Below the pieces are notes generated by a model. That model worked only from the letters and a program-made list of their open reading frames with translations, made no database searches and was not told where the DNA came from. Shown here in pieces: positions 1-10,771 of a stretch of 64,000 nt of DNA. Made by a program: the position numbers and the translations under genes. The stretch covers positions 1-64,000 of the forward strand of contig NIVC01001993.1 of assembly GCA_002269645.1 (NCBI GenBank), given 5' to 3'. Every line of letters starts with the position of its first letter. Positions within the stretch are counted from its first letter, which is position 1. Source of the stretch: Macrostomum lignano. Its lineage: Eukaryota.

Positions 1-2669
1 TTTATTGTATATATGTACACTCTGTAGCTGATCATATATTTAAATCAAGGATGATTACTTACCACGGTAATGATGCAGCTAAGCACATGGCAGAATCATT
101 AGTAAATGTATTTGAATATATTCAAAATCAATATGATAAATTATCAAAAAATATTAATATGACAAATAAGGATAGAGACAATTATAAAAATGCAACAAAT
201 TGTTTTATGTGCAAAAGACATTTAAGTAAGAATAATAAGATACGAGAACATTGTCATCTAACAGGAATTATCGAGGGGCAGCATGTAGATCATGTAACGC
301 AAAAGAAGGAAAAGGATGTAAGGAAATACAGTATTTTTTCATAATGGATCCGGATATGATTTTCATTTCTTAGTTCGAGAATTGCTTCATTTAGGAAAGG
401 ATGAATATGAAATAAATATATTACCTAAAACATCAGAAAATTACATATCAATAACATATGGTAAGAAATACTCCCATCTAGTTTTTCTAGATCCTTGAGA
501 TTCTTATCAACATCTTTAGCAAATGTTGTTTCATCATTAGTTCCAAAACCATGGGATTTAGAAATAGTAAAGAAAAACTTTCCAATACTATTGAATCGTT
601 TCAAAAAGAAAAACTATCCGAGGAAGAACTAATGCTATTAACTCGTAAGGGCATCTATCCATATGAATATGTAACATCTGAAGACGTATTTTTTCATACC
701 GAATTACCCCAATTGAAAAGTTTTATTCAACATTATCACAAACAAACATAAGTGAATCGGATTATGAACACGCTCAAAAAGTATGGAAATACTTTAATTG
801 TAAAACATTTAAAGATTATCATAATCTATATCTTAAAGCAGATGTTCTCCTATTAGCTGATGCATTTGAAAACTTTAGGAATCATACATATGAGAATTTT
901 AAAATTGATCCCGCATATTGTTTCAGTGCACCGGGATTAACATGGGCTTGTGGTTTGAAACATACAGATGTTAAGATTGATTTACTAACTGATCATGATA
1001 TGTTGTTAATGATTGAGAGAGGAATTCGCGGTGGATTCTCGGGTGTACTAGGAGATAGATATACTAAAGTAAATAATAAATATCTACCAAATTATAATAA
1101 AAAAGAAAAATCATCATATGTATTATATCTAGATGCAAACAATTTATACGGTGGTTGTATGAAACAAAAATTACCAATAGCTGATTTCCAATGGAAGATG
1201 ACCCCGATTATTACAAAAATATTCCCGAAGGAAGGGGCTGTATCGTAGAAGTGGATTTGCAATATACTCGGGAAGCAAAAGCAAAAACATATAAATATCC
1301 TTTAGCTCCAGAGCATTGTTCAGTTAATGAAGATGATTTATCACAAACACAAAAAGATTATCTTAAAGTAGATAATGCAAAACATCTAGCAACAAAAAAA
1401 TTAATATTAAATTTACATGATAAGAAAAACTATGTAGTGCATTATAAGCTTCTACAATTTTATGAAAAGCAGGGATTAAAAGTGTCTAAAGTACATCGAA
1501 CAATATCGTTTATTGAGGAAGATTGGTTAGCTAAATATATTGACTTTAATTCAAATCAGAGACAGATGTCAAAAACAAATTTTGAGAAAGATTATTGGAA
1601 ATTAATGAATAATGCTTTTTATGGAAAAACGGTTGAAAATATTAGAGATAGAACCCAATTCCATTTAGAAAAGGATATTGATAAAGCAAAGAAATATTTC
1701 TCAAAACCTAACTTTAAAGACTTTATAAAATTTGATGATAACTTTATGGGTATTCATATGAGAAATAAAACAACAAAATTTCTTAAACCAATATTTATTG
1801 GAATGGTTGTTTTAGATTATGCAAAGCTGGTAATGTATGAATACTATTATGATGTTATAAATAAAACATGGCCAGATAACTATCCAATATATGCAGACAC
1901 CGACAGTTTGGTATTTAAGGTTGAAACAGAGGATCGGGCAAAGCCGCGAACCAAAGGTTCGATGTCTATAAAGATATGGAAAAAATTAAGGATACATTGG
2001 ATACCTCCGACTATCCGGATAACCATCCTTTAAAATCAGATCAAAATAAAAGTTGTACTTAAAATGAAAGATGAATTAAATAGCAAAATCATAACCGAGT
2101 TTATAGCAATAAGATCAAAATGCTATGCATTTAAGGTTTTAGGACAGGAGGGAGAGGTAAAAAAAATAAAAGGGGTATCAAGAGCAGCAGTAAAAAAGAT
2201 AACATTTGATGATTATAAAAACGTACTTTTAGATTACCTTAATACAATTGAAAATTATCATGCTCCACAATATCGATTAAATTCAGATAAGCATCAGATG
2301 TTTGTCATCGAGACAGATAAAAAAACATTAAGTCCATTTGATGATAAAAGATATTTAGATGATAAAATTAAAACATATCCATATGGTTTAAAAGAAGAGA
2401 TAAAAAATATGATAAAAGATAAAAAACAAAAAGAAGATATAATAAGTAAATATAATGAATACAAAGCGGCAATAAATAATTATTATTACGATTGTGATTG
2501 TGAATCCGAATGTGATTGTGAATATAATACATTTCTAGAATATGAAAAAGATATAGATAATTATTATTCAACATTTCCAAAAGAACTTAAAAAATTAAAT
2601 AAGGAAAAAGTCTTGAATAACTGGAAGAGATTAACAGAAAAATTACTTATCGGGTCTGTAAAAAACTAA
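1..2669 (+). pseudogene. Protein-primed family B DNA polymerase (pPolB), 5'-truncated by the window edge and frameshifted
   Basis: Motifs YLDANNLYG, KLMNNAFYGKT, YADTDSL, RSKCY and KIKGV, plus an EndoVII-like CxxC..HCHLTG.YRGAAC segment and RKGIYPYEY. About 8 single-base frameshifts are needed to join the ORF pieces. Confidence 0.93.
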
Positions 2670-2707
2670 AGCATGTAATTGTTTAGCATAATATCATTAA
2701 CTTCATT

Positions 2708-3004
2708 TCATATATTATTGAAGGCACAATTTTCCTCACAGTCGGCAGGGTAACTTAAACAATCCTTTATTTTTTTCCTAAGTTTTTTTATTTTTCTAAC
2801 CAATCTATCTATTTCAATTTCAATTACTATTTCAGCATAAACAATATCTTGTCTTAAAAAACGTTTTCTTTTATCTATCTCATATCGGATGGGAAACATA
2901 TCGTCCCCATACTCATGATATTTCTGAGATATAATTATATTTATTTTTTTATTAATATCATTAAGTTCACGCTCTTTAGTGATAAGGATTTTTATCGTAT
3001 CCAT
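2708..3004 (-). CDS. Polinton hypothetical protein (98 aa, coiled-coil-like)
   Basis: ATG-initiated ORF in a gene-dense viral region, overlapping the next ORF; no recognisable domain. Confidence 0.45.
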   Translation of the reverse strand: MDTIKILITKERELNDINKKINIIISQKYHEYGDDMFPIRYEIDKRKRFLRQDIVYAEIVIEIEIDRLVRKIKKLRKKIKDCLSYPADCEENCAFNNI

Positions 3005-3351
3005 TTTCTTATAAAAAATTTAGTCTTATCGTCATCCTCCCAAACAGCCGCCAATTTTACAGTCCTATCACTCTTTTTATTATTTGTTTGTTTTAGTTTA
3101 AATTGCAATCCACCCTCGTTGCAGTATTTCATAACAAACGCTTTAGGTTTATTAATAACTAAAACAGGAAAATTTTTAACATCATCTCCGCTTAGACATA
3201 AAATTTTTTGCCCATCTAATTGTAAAAATATTGATTGAAGCCCAATAAATTTAACCTGTCTCAAACATATAATATTATATTCTTTATTCTCCAACATATT
3301 GGGTGTGAGATAATTAATCACATTAGAATCGGTTTTGAACCAGCTCTCCAT
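2992..3351 (-). CDS. Polinton hypothetical protein (119 aa)
   Basis: ATG preceded by the element-wide TAAAAATG start context; no recognisable domain. Confidence 0.55.
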   Translation of the reverse strand: MESWFKTDSNVINYLTPNMLENKEYNIICLRQVKFIGLQSIFLQLDGQKILCLSGDDVKNFPVLVINKPKAFVMKYCNEGGLQFKLKQTNNKKSDRTVKLAAVWEDDDKTKFFIRKWIR

Positions 3352-3377
3352 TTTTAATCTAAAAAAATAACAAAAAA

Positions 3378-3890
3378 ATGAAAGACATTTATGTTTGTAA
3401 TAAATGTAATGTGACTATGCACAGAGGGCAAACAGCAAACGGAGATATATATCATATGTGTTATTCATGTTCTAAAATATATCAATTTGAAAAAACAAAA
3501 AAGATTGAAAACTCATATTACTATTTTAAAAACACAATTTTAAGAAATCTTACAAGAGACATTTCTGATCCAATTTTAATTCCCGGAAATAATGTTTATT
3601 TATATAATAACTTTTTCCATTTAAATAAAGGAAAGGGATTAAGTTCGAAAGACTCCGAAAGGATTTTAATTTTAGTTGGATATTATTTCAATTTTCTTAT
3701 TCGAGAGAATACAAAGTTTATAAGGATAGGTAACATACCTAACGAAATGTTATTGAAAAAGTCATTGGAATTTTTATGTATTGATAAAAAATTTAAACCT
3801 AGGATCAGAAGAGAGTTACCACTTTGGGAAGAATATATAACATATGCATTAGAAAAACTAAACAACCTGAAGTTCTACAGCACTTCCTGA
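3378..3890 (+). CDS. Polinton hypothetical protein with N-terminal Zn-ribbon (170 aa)
   Basis: CNKC...CYSC Cys pairs; AAAAATG start context. Confidence 0.6.
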   Translation: MKDIYVCNKCNVTMHRGQTANGDIYHMCYSCSKIYQFEKTKKIENSYYYFKNTILRNLTRDISDPILIPGNNVYLYNNFFHLNKGKGLSSKDSERILILVGYYFNFLIRENTKFIRIGNIPNEMLLKKSLEFLCIDKKFKPRIRRELPLWEEYITYALEKLNNLKFYSTS

Positions 3891-4513
3891 CCGCGGGCTT
3901 TGTGCCCCAGTAGCAATAGTTTCAGGTTCGTAAATGCCTAATGTTTCTATCGGTGGAGCTTTGGGTTTATCGAGTCTCAACTCTTTTAATTCCATATCGG
4001 TAAAAGTTTCAACATCTAAAATTCTATTTCTATCTTTTAAATATTTTTCATATAATTCAACCGCGGTTGATAATTCATGAATCGTTATCTCTCCGTCATC
4101 CAATATTTTTTGCACATATAAATATAATTGATTTTTATATTGCTTGCAACATCTCTTAAAGATTTATATTTTTCCTTTCTTTTTTTAAGATATAATTTAA
4201 TTGCTAAAAGTATTGATAAGTTCCTGATCAATTCAAAACCTGATATTGAGCCAATTGAAATACCTAAAAATAATTGAGATAAATTAAGAGTTGGAATAGA
4301 TTGTAAAATACCTAAAACGATTACACATAACATTGATAAGCTTCCAAATCCAATATTGAAAAAGTCCATATTTCTTATATGGTTTGAAACTCTTCTTACT
4401 TTTTTAGCATATAAATCATAATCATAGTTAATACGATCAACATTACTTAACATCTGACCTTTACGTTGGTTGAACCGGTCGCGTTCCCATTTATCTGCTT
4501 CAGATACCGACAT
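3858..4513 (-). CDS. Polinton membrane protein with two hydrophobic helices (one frameshift near 4110)
   Basis: ORF 4085-4513 (two hydrophobic stretches) joins ORF 3858-4115 (..QKILDDGEITIHEL..) through one indel. From memory, this resembles a conserved animal-Polinton membrane protein. Confidence 0.6.
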
Positions 4514-4826
4514 TCTCGTCTATTTTTAATAGCACCAAAATGAATTCCCCACGCTCTTTGGGTATTTGCCCGGAGCTTAATAGGTATTGTATTGGAGTGA
4601 TTCTTTCTTTTTTCTCCCATTTAAATCCTATTTTCCAAAACTCTTGAAGTATAATATGATTTTTTAATAACTTAATTAATTCTTGAAGCTTCTTATTATC
4701 CTGAACATTTACAGTACTAAATAAAAATTTGGTATGAGATTTGAATGTTTTTATATTTGATTCTTGTTTAGGAATAGGAATATAGACATTATTTTGCCGC
4801 ATCGATGGAGTTCTACTAAAAGCCAT
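4500..4826 (-). CDS. Polinton hypothetical protein (108 aa, MAFSRTP...)
   Basis: The likely start is the ATG at 4826 (TATAAAATG context), not the upstream start given by the ORF track. Confidence 0.5.
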   Translation of the reverse strand: MAFSRTPSMRQNNVYIPIPKQESNIKTFKSHTKFLFSTVNVQDNKKLQELIKLLKNHIILQEFWKIGFKWEKKERITPIQYLLSSGQIPKERGEFILVLLKIDENVGI

Positions 4827-4842
4827 TTTATATAGAAATATT

Positions 4843-6856
4843 TTATATTTGAGTAGGAGGTTTTTCCAAATAAGCAGTAGAGGGAAAAACATAACCAAAC
4901 GACGTACTACCACATACAACTGCGCCACGAATAAAATGTGCAGCATCCGATCCTCCAGTTCGAGCACCAAAACCCATAAGGGTTCCAGATTTATCTAAAG
5001 TTCCCCAAGTTCCACTATCATATGTGAAAACGTTCTGCCAATGAGGGTAAAGAATCACCAGCAACATTGTATGACTGTAATCTATACCAAACCCTTTGAT
5101 TTAAAATATTAATTCAAAAGATGCCAATCACCGTTATCAATATTAGCATAGGCTACAGTTTGATCCGTCGCGCGCTTGATCCGTCTGATTTTTTTTACTC
5201 CAAAACCAAATATCATGCCACTCACTAGCAAAAACTATCAATCCGGCGTCGGTTGATAATCCAGATCCAAATTCCGATGTTGGACGTTGGTGACAGTATG
5301 CATAAAACCAAACCGCATCTGCACCATCTCCTGTAGCATTAGCAACTCGGAAAAAGAAAGACGCAGATATATTTTGAAAATGTGTGAAATTGAATTGTAA
5401 AGCACCACTTACTCCAGAAGTTTCACGAGTAATTCTAGCGCCGTTTTGATAATCGATATAAGAAGCGTCACCAATTAAAGAACCGACTGGATATATATCT
5501 CCGGCGGTTGTTGGATTTTGATATCCAGACCAATTGCAAATTACTGGTTCGAACAAGGCCGCATCAATAGCAGGTATTCCATCCAATTTATTTTTATCGC
5601 TTCCAGACATTCTACCATTTGATGTTGGAGTAGCTAGCTGATCTACGTACGCTCGCGGAACTGCAGAAAGTATTTGAGTTGGCCAATTAAGATCTTGAAT
5701 TTCAACACGGTGTTCAAATAATTGTATTTGACGAACCTCGATAGGTTGTGTACCGGTACCACCAGTTGGGAAGAATACGCTATAATATTTCCAAAAATTA
5801 GTCGTTAAATTAGATAGAGCAAATGATGTTGCTTGAACTGGTGATCCCGACGTAGTTAATGTCGTCCATGAATCGGTAGCAACATTTTTTGCGCGAACCG
5901 ACCACCCCGAGGGTATCTCAATTGTTTCACTGCCTGTAATTCTTAATTCAAATATTCTTCTATTATAACCTAAAAATTCAAATTGAATTTCCATATTGGT
6001 TGTGGTTCCGGTATTTGGTGACCATTGTGTCGCAAGGCTTCCATCTCCAACTCGAAAAGCTGTGTTGCCATTTTCAGATGCTGTAAGAACAACATCAGGA
6101 TTTGAAGTATTTGATGTAAGCGGCGTGGTAAAAATATCGGCGTCGGTTGCATTAGCTCGCTCGTTTACTTGGCCTAGAGTTATCGAGTCTGCGTTATCTG
6201 TTCCAAATAATAAATTTGTTAATTTAAAATTATTCATATTAATATTACCACTACGAGTGGCAACTTGATTATCGACATAGTTCTTATCAACCACTGAATC
6301 ACTAGTTGTAATTGAAACATTTATAATTCGGTTGTTGCTCATATCTAGGTTTCCGGTTGCGGTGGTTTGAACATAACGTGAATCAGAATCAGTTCGAGAA
6401 TAAGAATCAGTTACATCTCTTTTTAAATTTAATCCATTATCAACTTCGGTTTTGGTATAAGAATCGGCTACGTTCCGTTTCAAATTTAATGAATTATCAA
6501 CTTCGGTTTTGGTATAAGAATCGGCTATTCGTTTAAATTTAATGAATTATCAACTTCGGTTTTGGTATAAGAATCGGCTGTATTGCGTTTTAAATTTAAT
6601 GAATTATCAACTTCGGTTTTGGTATAGGAATCGGCTACGTTCCGTTTCAGATTTAGTGAATCATCTATTTGAGTTTTGGTATAGGAATCTGCAACATTTC
6701 TTTTTAAATTTAATTTATTATCAATTTCAGTTTTTTTATAACCTTCATCTCATTAATATATCGATTATCTCCAAATGTAACACTTATTCCACCAGATGTG
6801 CCACCACCACCACTACTTGTTGTTCCGTTCCATGAGGGTGTTCCAGAAAATAACAT
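4843..6856 (-). CDS. Virion fibre / receptor-binding protein: 19-aa YTKTEVD repeats, fibre-stalk motifs, discoidin (F5/8C-like) domain and C-terminal L-type lectin domain; about 4 frameshifts
   Basis: ATG at 6856; about six 57-bp repeats (YTKTEVDNSLNLKRNVADS); LDMSNNRIINV, DKNYVD and NGRMSGSDKNKLDGI fibre motifs; discoidin-like segment ~5710-6135; lectin motifs GDGADAVWF, IDNGDWH and MGFGARTGG (last in ORF 4843-5067). Confidence 0.75.
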
Positions 6857-6880
6857 TTTTTACTGTCTATTTTATAGAGT

Positions 6881-7330
6881 CTAAAATCGCCATCGCTCGC
6901 ATGCTTTGCATGATATCTTAAATACTTCGGGGTTTACACGAGCTTCATTCGAAAGTCGATATAAAAAATACAACGCCGCTTGCCCGCAATAACTTTTATC
7001 AAAGGTTTGAAATTGTTCGTGATGATCTCCACATAAACGATTTTTAGTATGATTAAATTTATCTTTTATTTCCTGTAACGGAGGAAGCGCGTATGAATCA
7101 AAAAAATAAACAAGTTTAGGTTTGAATAAACTGCGACCAATGAACACCATTTTCTTTTGTTGTTTCAATATTAACAATGAAAGATCCATATTGTGGTAAG
7201 TCTTTGATCTCATCTCGCATAACACATCTGAATGGTTTTATTTTTAACTGCCTCGCCCAATTTGTTAATTCGATATTGCTTGTTGTGTCGTTCCATATCT
7301 TTGTTTAAAATCATCCCACGTCATGGTCAT
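6881..7330 (-). CDS. Adenain-like cysteine maturation protease (2 frameshifts)
   Basis: Reconstructed TSNIEL..FRCVMRDE..IVNIETTKENGVHW..YFFDSY..QFQ..YCGQ, containing the His, Asp, Gln and Cys catalytic motifs. Confidence 0.88.
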
Positions 7331-7331
7331 T

Positions 7332-7541
7332 TTATGTTCCTGAAAAACTCTTGGTTTTAGTTAGTTTCGTAGGTGTGGGTTTTAACAATTCCTTTCTTAT
7401 TTTATCAGCTTGTAACTGCCTTAATTTTGCTAGTTCTAGTTCGTAATTATCTTCAGCTTTTTTAACTTTTTCTGATTGTTTTTTTATTAAATTATTATTA
7501 TTATCGTGCTTTGCACGCGAACATGTTGTTCGATTACCCAT
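7332..7541 (-). CDS. Small basic protein (69 aa), candidate N-myristoylated virion protein
   Basis: TAAAAATG start; MGNRTT fits MGxxxS/T; lies between protease and penton. Confidence 0.5.
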   Translation of the reverse strand: MGNRTTCSRAKHDNNNNLIKKQSEKVKKAEDNYELELAKLRQLQADKIRKELLKPTPTKLTKTKSFSGT

Positions 7542-7554
7542 TTTTACTATAGGA

Positions 7555-8337
7555 TTAAACCTGTTTTATACGTAAAATTATTGTTATTGACTGCCCACCA
7601 AAACTTATTAATCTATCGCTTTCATCTACAATCCTAATATAAATTGATTGAACATTATATTGATTTAATGGGTAATATATTGGGGTTTGAGGTGATACAA
7701 TCATTTTCTCTCCAATTGGAACAGCAAGAAATGGGATTGAATAAATAATTCCACGTTGAACCAAAACTCCATTATTATCTGTTATATAACCGCCGTTTGA
7801 TATGTCGGTTGTTATATTAATTGTATTGACTCCGCCCTCAATTTCCACTGTATCACCGGTGCTTGATGTGGTAACTATTCGGGAATTAAATCCAAGTATG
7901 GTTCTGAGTGAATTTGCAATTGTGAAATCAACCTGATATCCGGATCCTAGTGATAGTGTGAATCTGCCAGACGGTAAATCAACACCTATAACAATTGCTC
8001 CTGCTACCCAATCACCATTAGTTGTTAATTCTCCTTCTATATAAGCATTCAAATCAGTATAGCTATACGCTCCTGGGTTAACGCTAAATGTTGTCCAATT
8101 GGCTCCGGAATCTTTAGAATATCTAAATTGATTATTTGTTGCATTAATTAATTGAGGCATGTTGAAAACCGAAAATAGAATTAAACCTATTTGATAACTT
8201 AGGCTTTGATCAAGTTGTAATGGATCGCGCAATTGAATCCGTTGCTCGCTGGTTGTCATTATAAACTGTAATGTTGTACTAAATTTTGAATTAGTTCGAT
8301 CTACCAATTGTTTTATAGTATTTAAATTTGTAGTCAT
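7555..8337 (-). CDS. Minor capsid protein (penton, single jelly-roll)
   Basis: NNQFRY, PGAYSY, LRTILGF, PIYYPL and IRIVDESDRLISF motifs typical of Polinton mCP; start at MTTNLN (8337) in AAAAATG context. Confidence 0.88.
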   Translation of the reverse strand: MTTNLNTIKQLVDRTNSKFSTTLQFIMTTSEQRIQLRDPLQLDQSLSYQIGLILFSVFNMPQLINATNNQFRYSKDSGANWTTFSVNPGAYSYTDLNAYIEGELTTNGDWVAGAIVIGVDLPSGRFTLSLGSGYQVDFTIANSLRTILGFNSRIVTTSSTGDTVEIEGGVNTINITTDISNGGYITDNNGVLVQRGIIYSIPFLAVPIGEKMIVSPQTPIYYPLNQYNVQSIYIRIVDESDRLISFGGQSITIILRIKQV

Positions 8338-8386
8338 TTTTATAGTGGGAAATCGAACTTTGGTTCGCGGACTCCGTCCGATCGTG

Positions 8387-9181
8387 CTATGTCTCTTCTT
8401 CCTCATTATCTTCTTTTATCAAATTTGTTAAAATTCTATGTTTCCTTTCTAACCTCGGATTGATATAAATATGTTTGTATTGGCTATCATCCCAAATTTT
8501 TTTACACATACTTTTAAATGGTTTTGCATCCAACCCAGGATTAAATCTCGCGTGAATATTTTGTAGATCATAGTTATCTAAATCAAACATTACACAACAG
8601 CTAGCATTCTTTTTTATAATCGATTCTAATTCTCTAAAGGATTGAGTAAGATAAAAAGCTCCAATTCCATCTCCTCTACCACTAACAAAAATTTCCTTTT
8701 GTAATTCTTGATCACCGTCATTAATACAATCATCAAAAATAATTAGTGTTTTATCATGTTTTGGAATTTGATCATAGGCTAATCGGGTTGATACTCTAAC
8801 AGTTGGGGCTCGATCGGACGAAGTCCGCGACCCTTCGGGGCGATCGGTGATGTTTTCTGGCTGTTGTGCCATTGTTTTACATAAATCCTCAATGTCTGCT
8901 AGATTAAATCGCGGTTCGTCATCATCCTCATATTGCTCATATGCTCTTAACATTCTAAACAAGACATCTTTTTTTAATTTGTTTTTTAATCCATGTTTAA
9001 GAAATTCATAATATTTTATTCTAGGTTTATTAGTATAAATTATTAAATTATTATAGTCTAACATTCCATCTGTTGTTAATAAATCGTAAACAAAGTGTGT
9101 TTTTCCTTTACCTGATCCTCCGATTACTAAACAAAGAAAAGGATCATTTGGAAATATCTTATCGTGTTTTGCCTTTACCAT
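8387..9181 (-). CDS. A32/FtsK-like genome packaging ATPase
   Basis: Walker A GGSGKGKT, Walker B LIIFDD, GR..GI..FYLTQSF; intact 264-aa ORF with a 10-aa in-frame insertion. Confidence 0.95.
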   Translation of the reverse strand: MVKAKHDKIFPNDPFLCLVIGGSGKGKTHFVYDLLTTDGMLDYNNLIIYTNKPRIKYYEFLKHGLKNKLKKDVLFRMLRAYEQYEDDDEPRFNLADIEDLCKTMAQQPENITDRPEGSRTSSDRAPTVRVSTRLAYDQIPKHDKTLIIFDDCINDGDQELQKEIFVSGRGDGIGAFYLTQSFRELESIIKKNASCCVMFDLDNYDLQNIHARFNPGLDAKPFKSMCKKIWDDSQYKHIYINPRLERKHRILTNLIKEDNEEEET

Positions 9182-9266
9182 TTTTAAAGAAATAATTTAA
9201 ATAGGTGCGACGGTCGGAGACCTGTGCCGCTTACAGCGGCGCGACGTGCTTTGCACTGCACTCATT

Positions 9267-10737
9267 TTACAATGGTGCGTCCCGAACAATCGTGCCATCA
9301 GCTTTAGCAATTGACATATATTCCTCTAGAAACAATACGTGGGCGTCAAGTGCCTGATTACCGGTTTTATTAATCTCTAACATATAATTAAGTCCAATAT
9401 TGGCTACGTTTTCTTTCTGTGCCGTTAGATCATAAACAACCACTGGATGAATGTTTAGAAACTCTGTGGGTGTGTACTGAGGGACGGCATACGCTTCATT
9501 TTTAGCATAATCTTGATAATATTTTATAAAATCATTAACATTATTATTTGCTATATTTAAATTTAGGGGGTCTTTAACCGGATAATATTGATCATCAACC
9601 TGCAGGCGGATATTCTGAACATTAAACTCGTTAATTGCAGCAACTGCGTTGTCTGTTGCGGTGGCTGCTTGTTCTGCTATGGCACCGGATTGAAGCCAAT
9701 ATAAATCCCCATTTGCTCTTTTACTCCTTCTATTTGTTATCTTAAACCAAACAAAAATATATCTCACCCGACGTTTTGATGTCAGTATTTGCCACTGGAA
9801 TGAATCCTGATTGTTATTAATGGTTCGCATAAAGTGTCTACGATTCAAATAAAATATTTCCTGATCATGCGTTAACTGATTATCGATGTGTTTTAAAAGC
9901 GGGCTGTTACCTCAATAGTTGGTACGACTAATTGAATTGAATCTATACGAACTGCTATATCGGTTGAAATTGAGGTTCCATAAAGTATCCTAGGCTGATA
10001 TCCACCAGATATTTGCAACTGTATCCCAAATTTTAATCCTTTCCATACCCGATTTGGTGAGAAAAACCCAAATAGTGGAAAGATTGAAAAGTCCTGCTCA
10101 TATGCTGTTGCTGTGGTTAAAACCGCGACTGGGAATTTATTCTGACGATCTATAAAACCAGTATTAATATCTTTTGTATTAGTCATAGTGGTTACAACTG
10201 GAACTATGTTTGTATTAAGGTAAACAATTAGCGCTGCAGTATCTGCACCGGCTGCGTTTTGTACATTAGGGAAAACTACTGCTTGCCCGTTACCTTTATC
10301 CGGCATCCACCCAACATTATCACCAACTTGTTTTGATAAATAAGTATAATTTAAATGTTTCAAAACTCCATTAATCTCTGCGGGGTTTGATGATGTCTCA
10401 ACCTCAGCACCATTAACAGTTAGTTGAGCTTGGGAAAAACATTTATAAAACCAATCATTTTCAATTATTATTCCGGATCGATCTGCGATATCTCCGCCTG
10501 CAAGAGCAGTTCCATCATTTCTAGTATACAACCATCTAACGCGGAAAAACGCATTTTTCATATCCAATATAGTGTTGGTTGCGCCGATGTCAAAAGTTAC
10601 CGTTCCAGTAGTAAAGTTATTTGAATTATCACTTGTTGGTAGGGTATAATTTAAATCTTTGCTCTGACCTCATTAATATACTGTCGGTGCTTTTTGAAAT
10701 GAAATTTATCACTCCACATAGTTTTTGTTTCAGCCAT
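9267..10737 (-). CDS. Major capsid protein (double jelly-roll, hexon-like); 2 frameshifts (~10665, ~9897)
   Basis: ATG at 10737; pieces TFDIGATNTILDMKNAFFRV, FSQAQLTVNGAEVE and NVQNIRLQVDDQYYP..VVYDLTAQ join to about 490 aa; position next to ATPase and penton. Confidence 0.85.
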
Positions 10738-10771
10738 TTTTTTAAGTTAAAAAAGTTTTTTATGTTAAAAA

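Noticed and set aside
5158-5190. GC-rich TGATCCGTC direct repeat in the fibre as a fourth double-hairpin element
   Set aside because: It lacks the paired stems; only superficially similar.
7555-8406. Penton starting at 8406 (MRKKRH..)
   Set aside because: That extension overlaps the ATPase and translates the hairpin insertion; ATG 8337 has the element-typical context.
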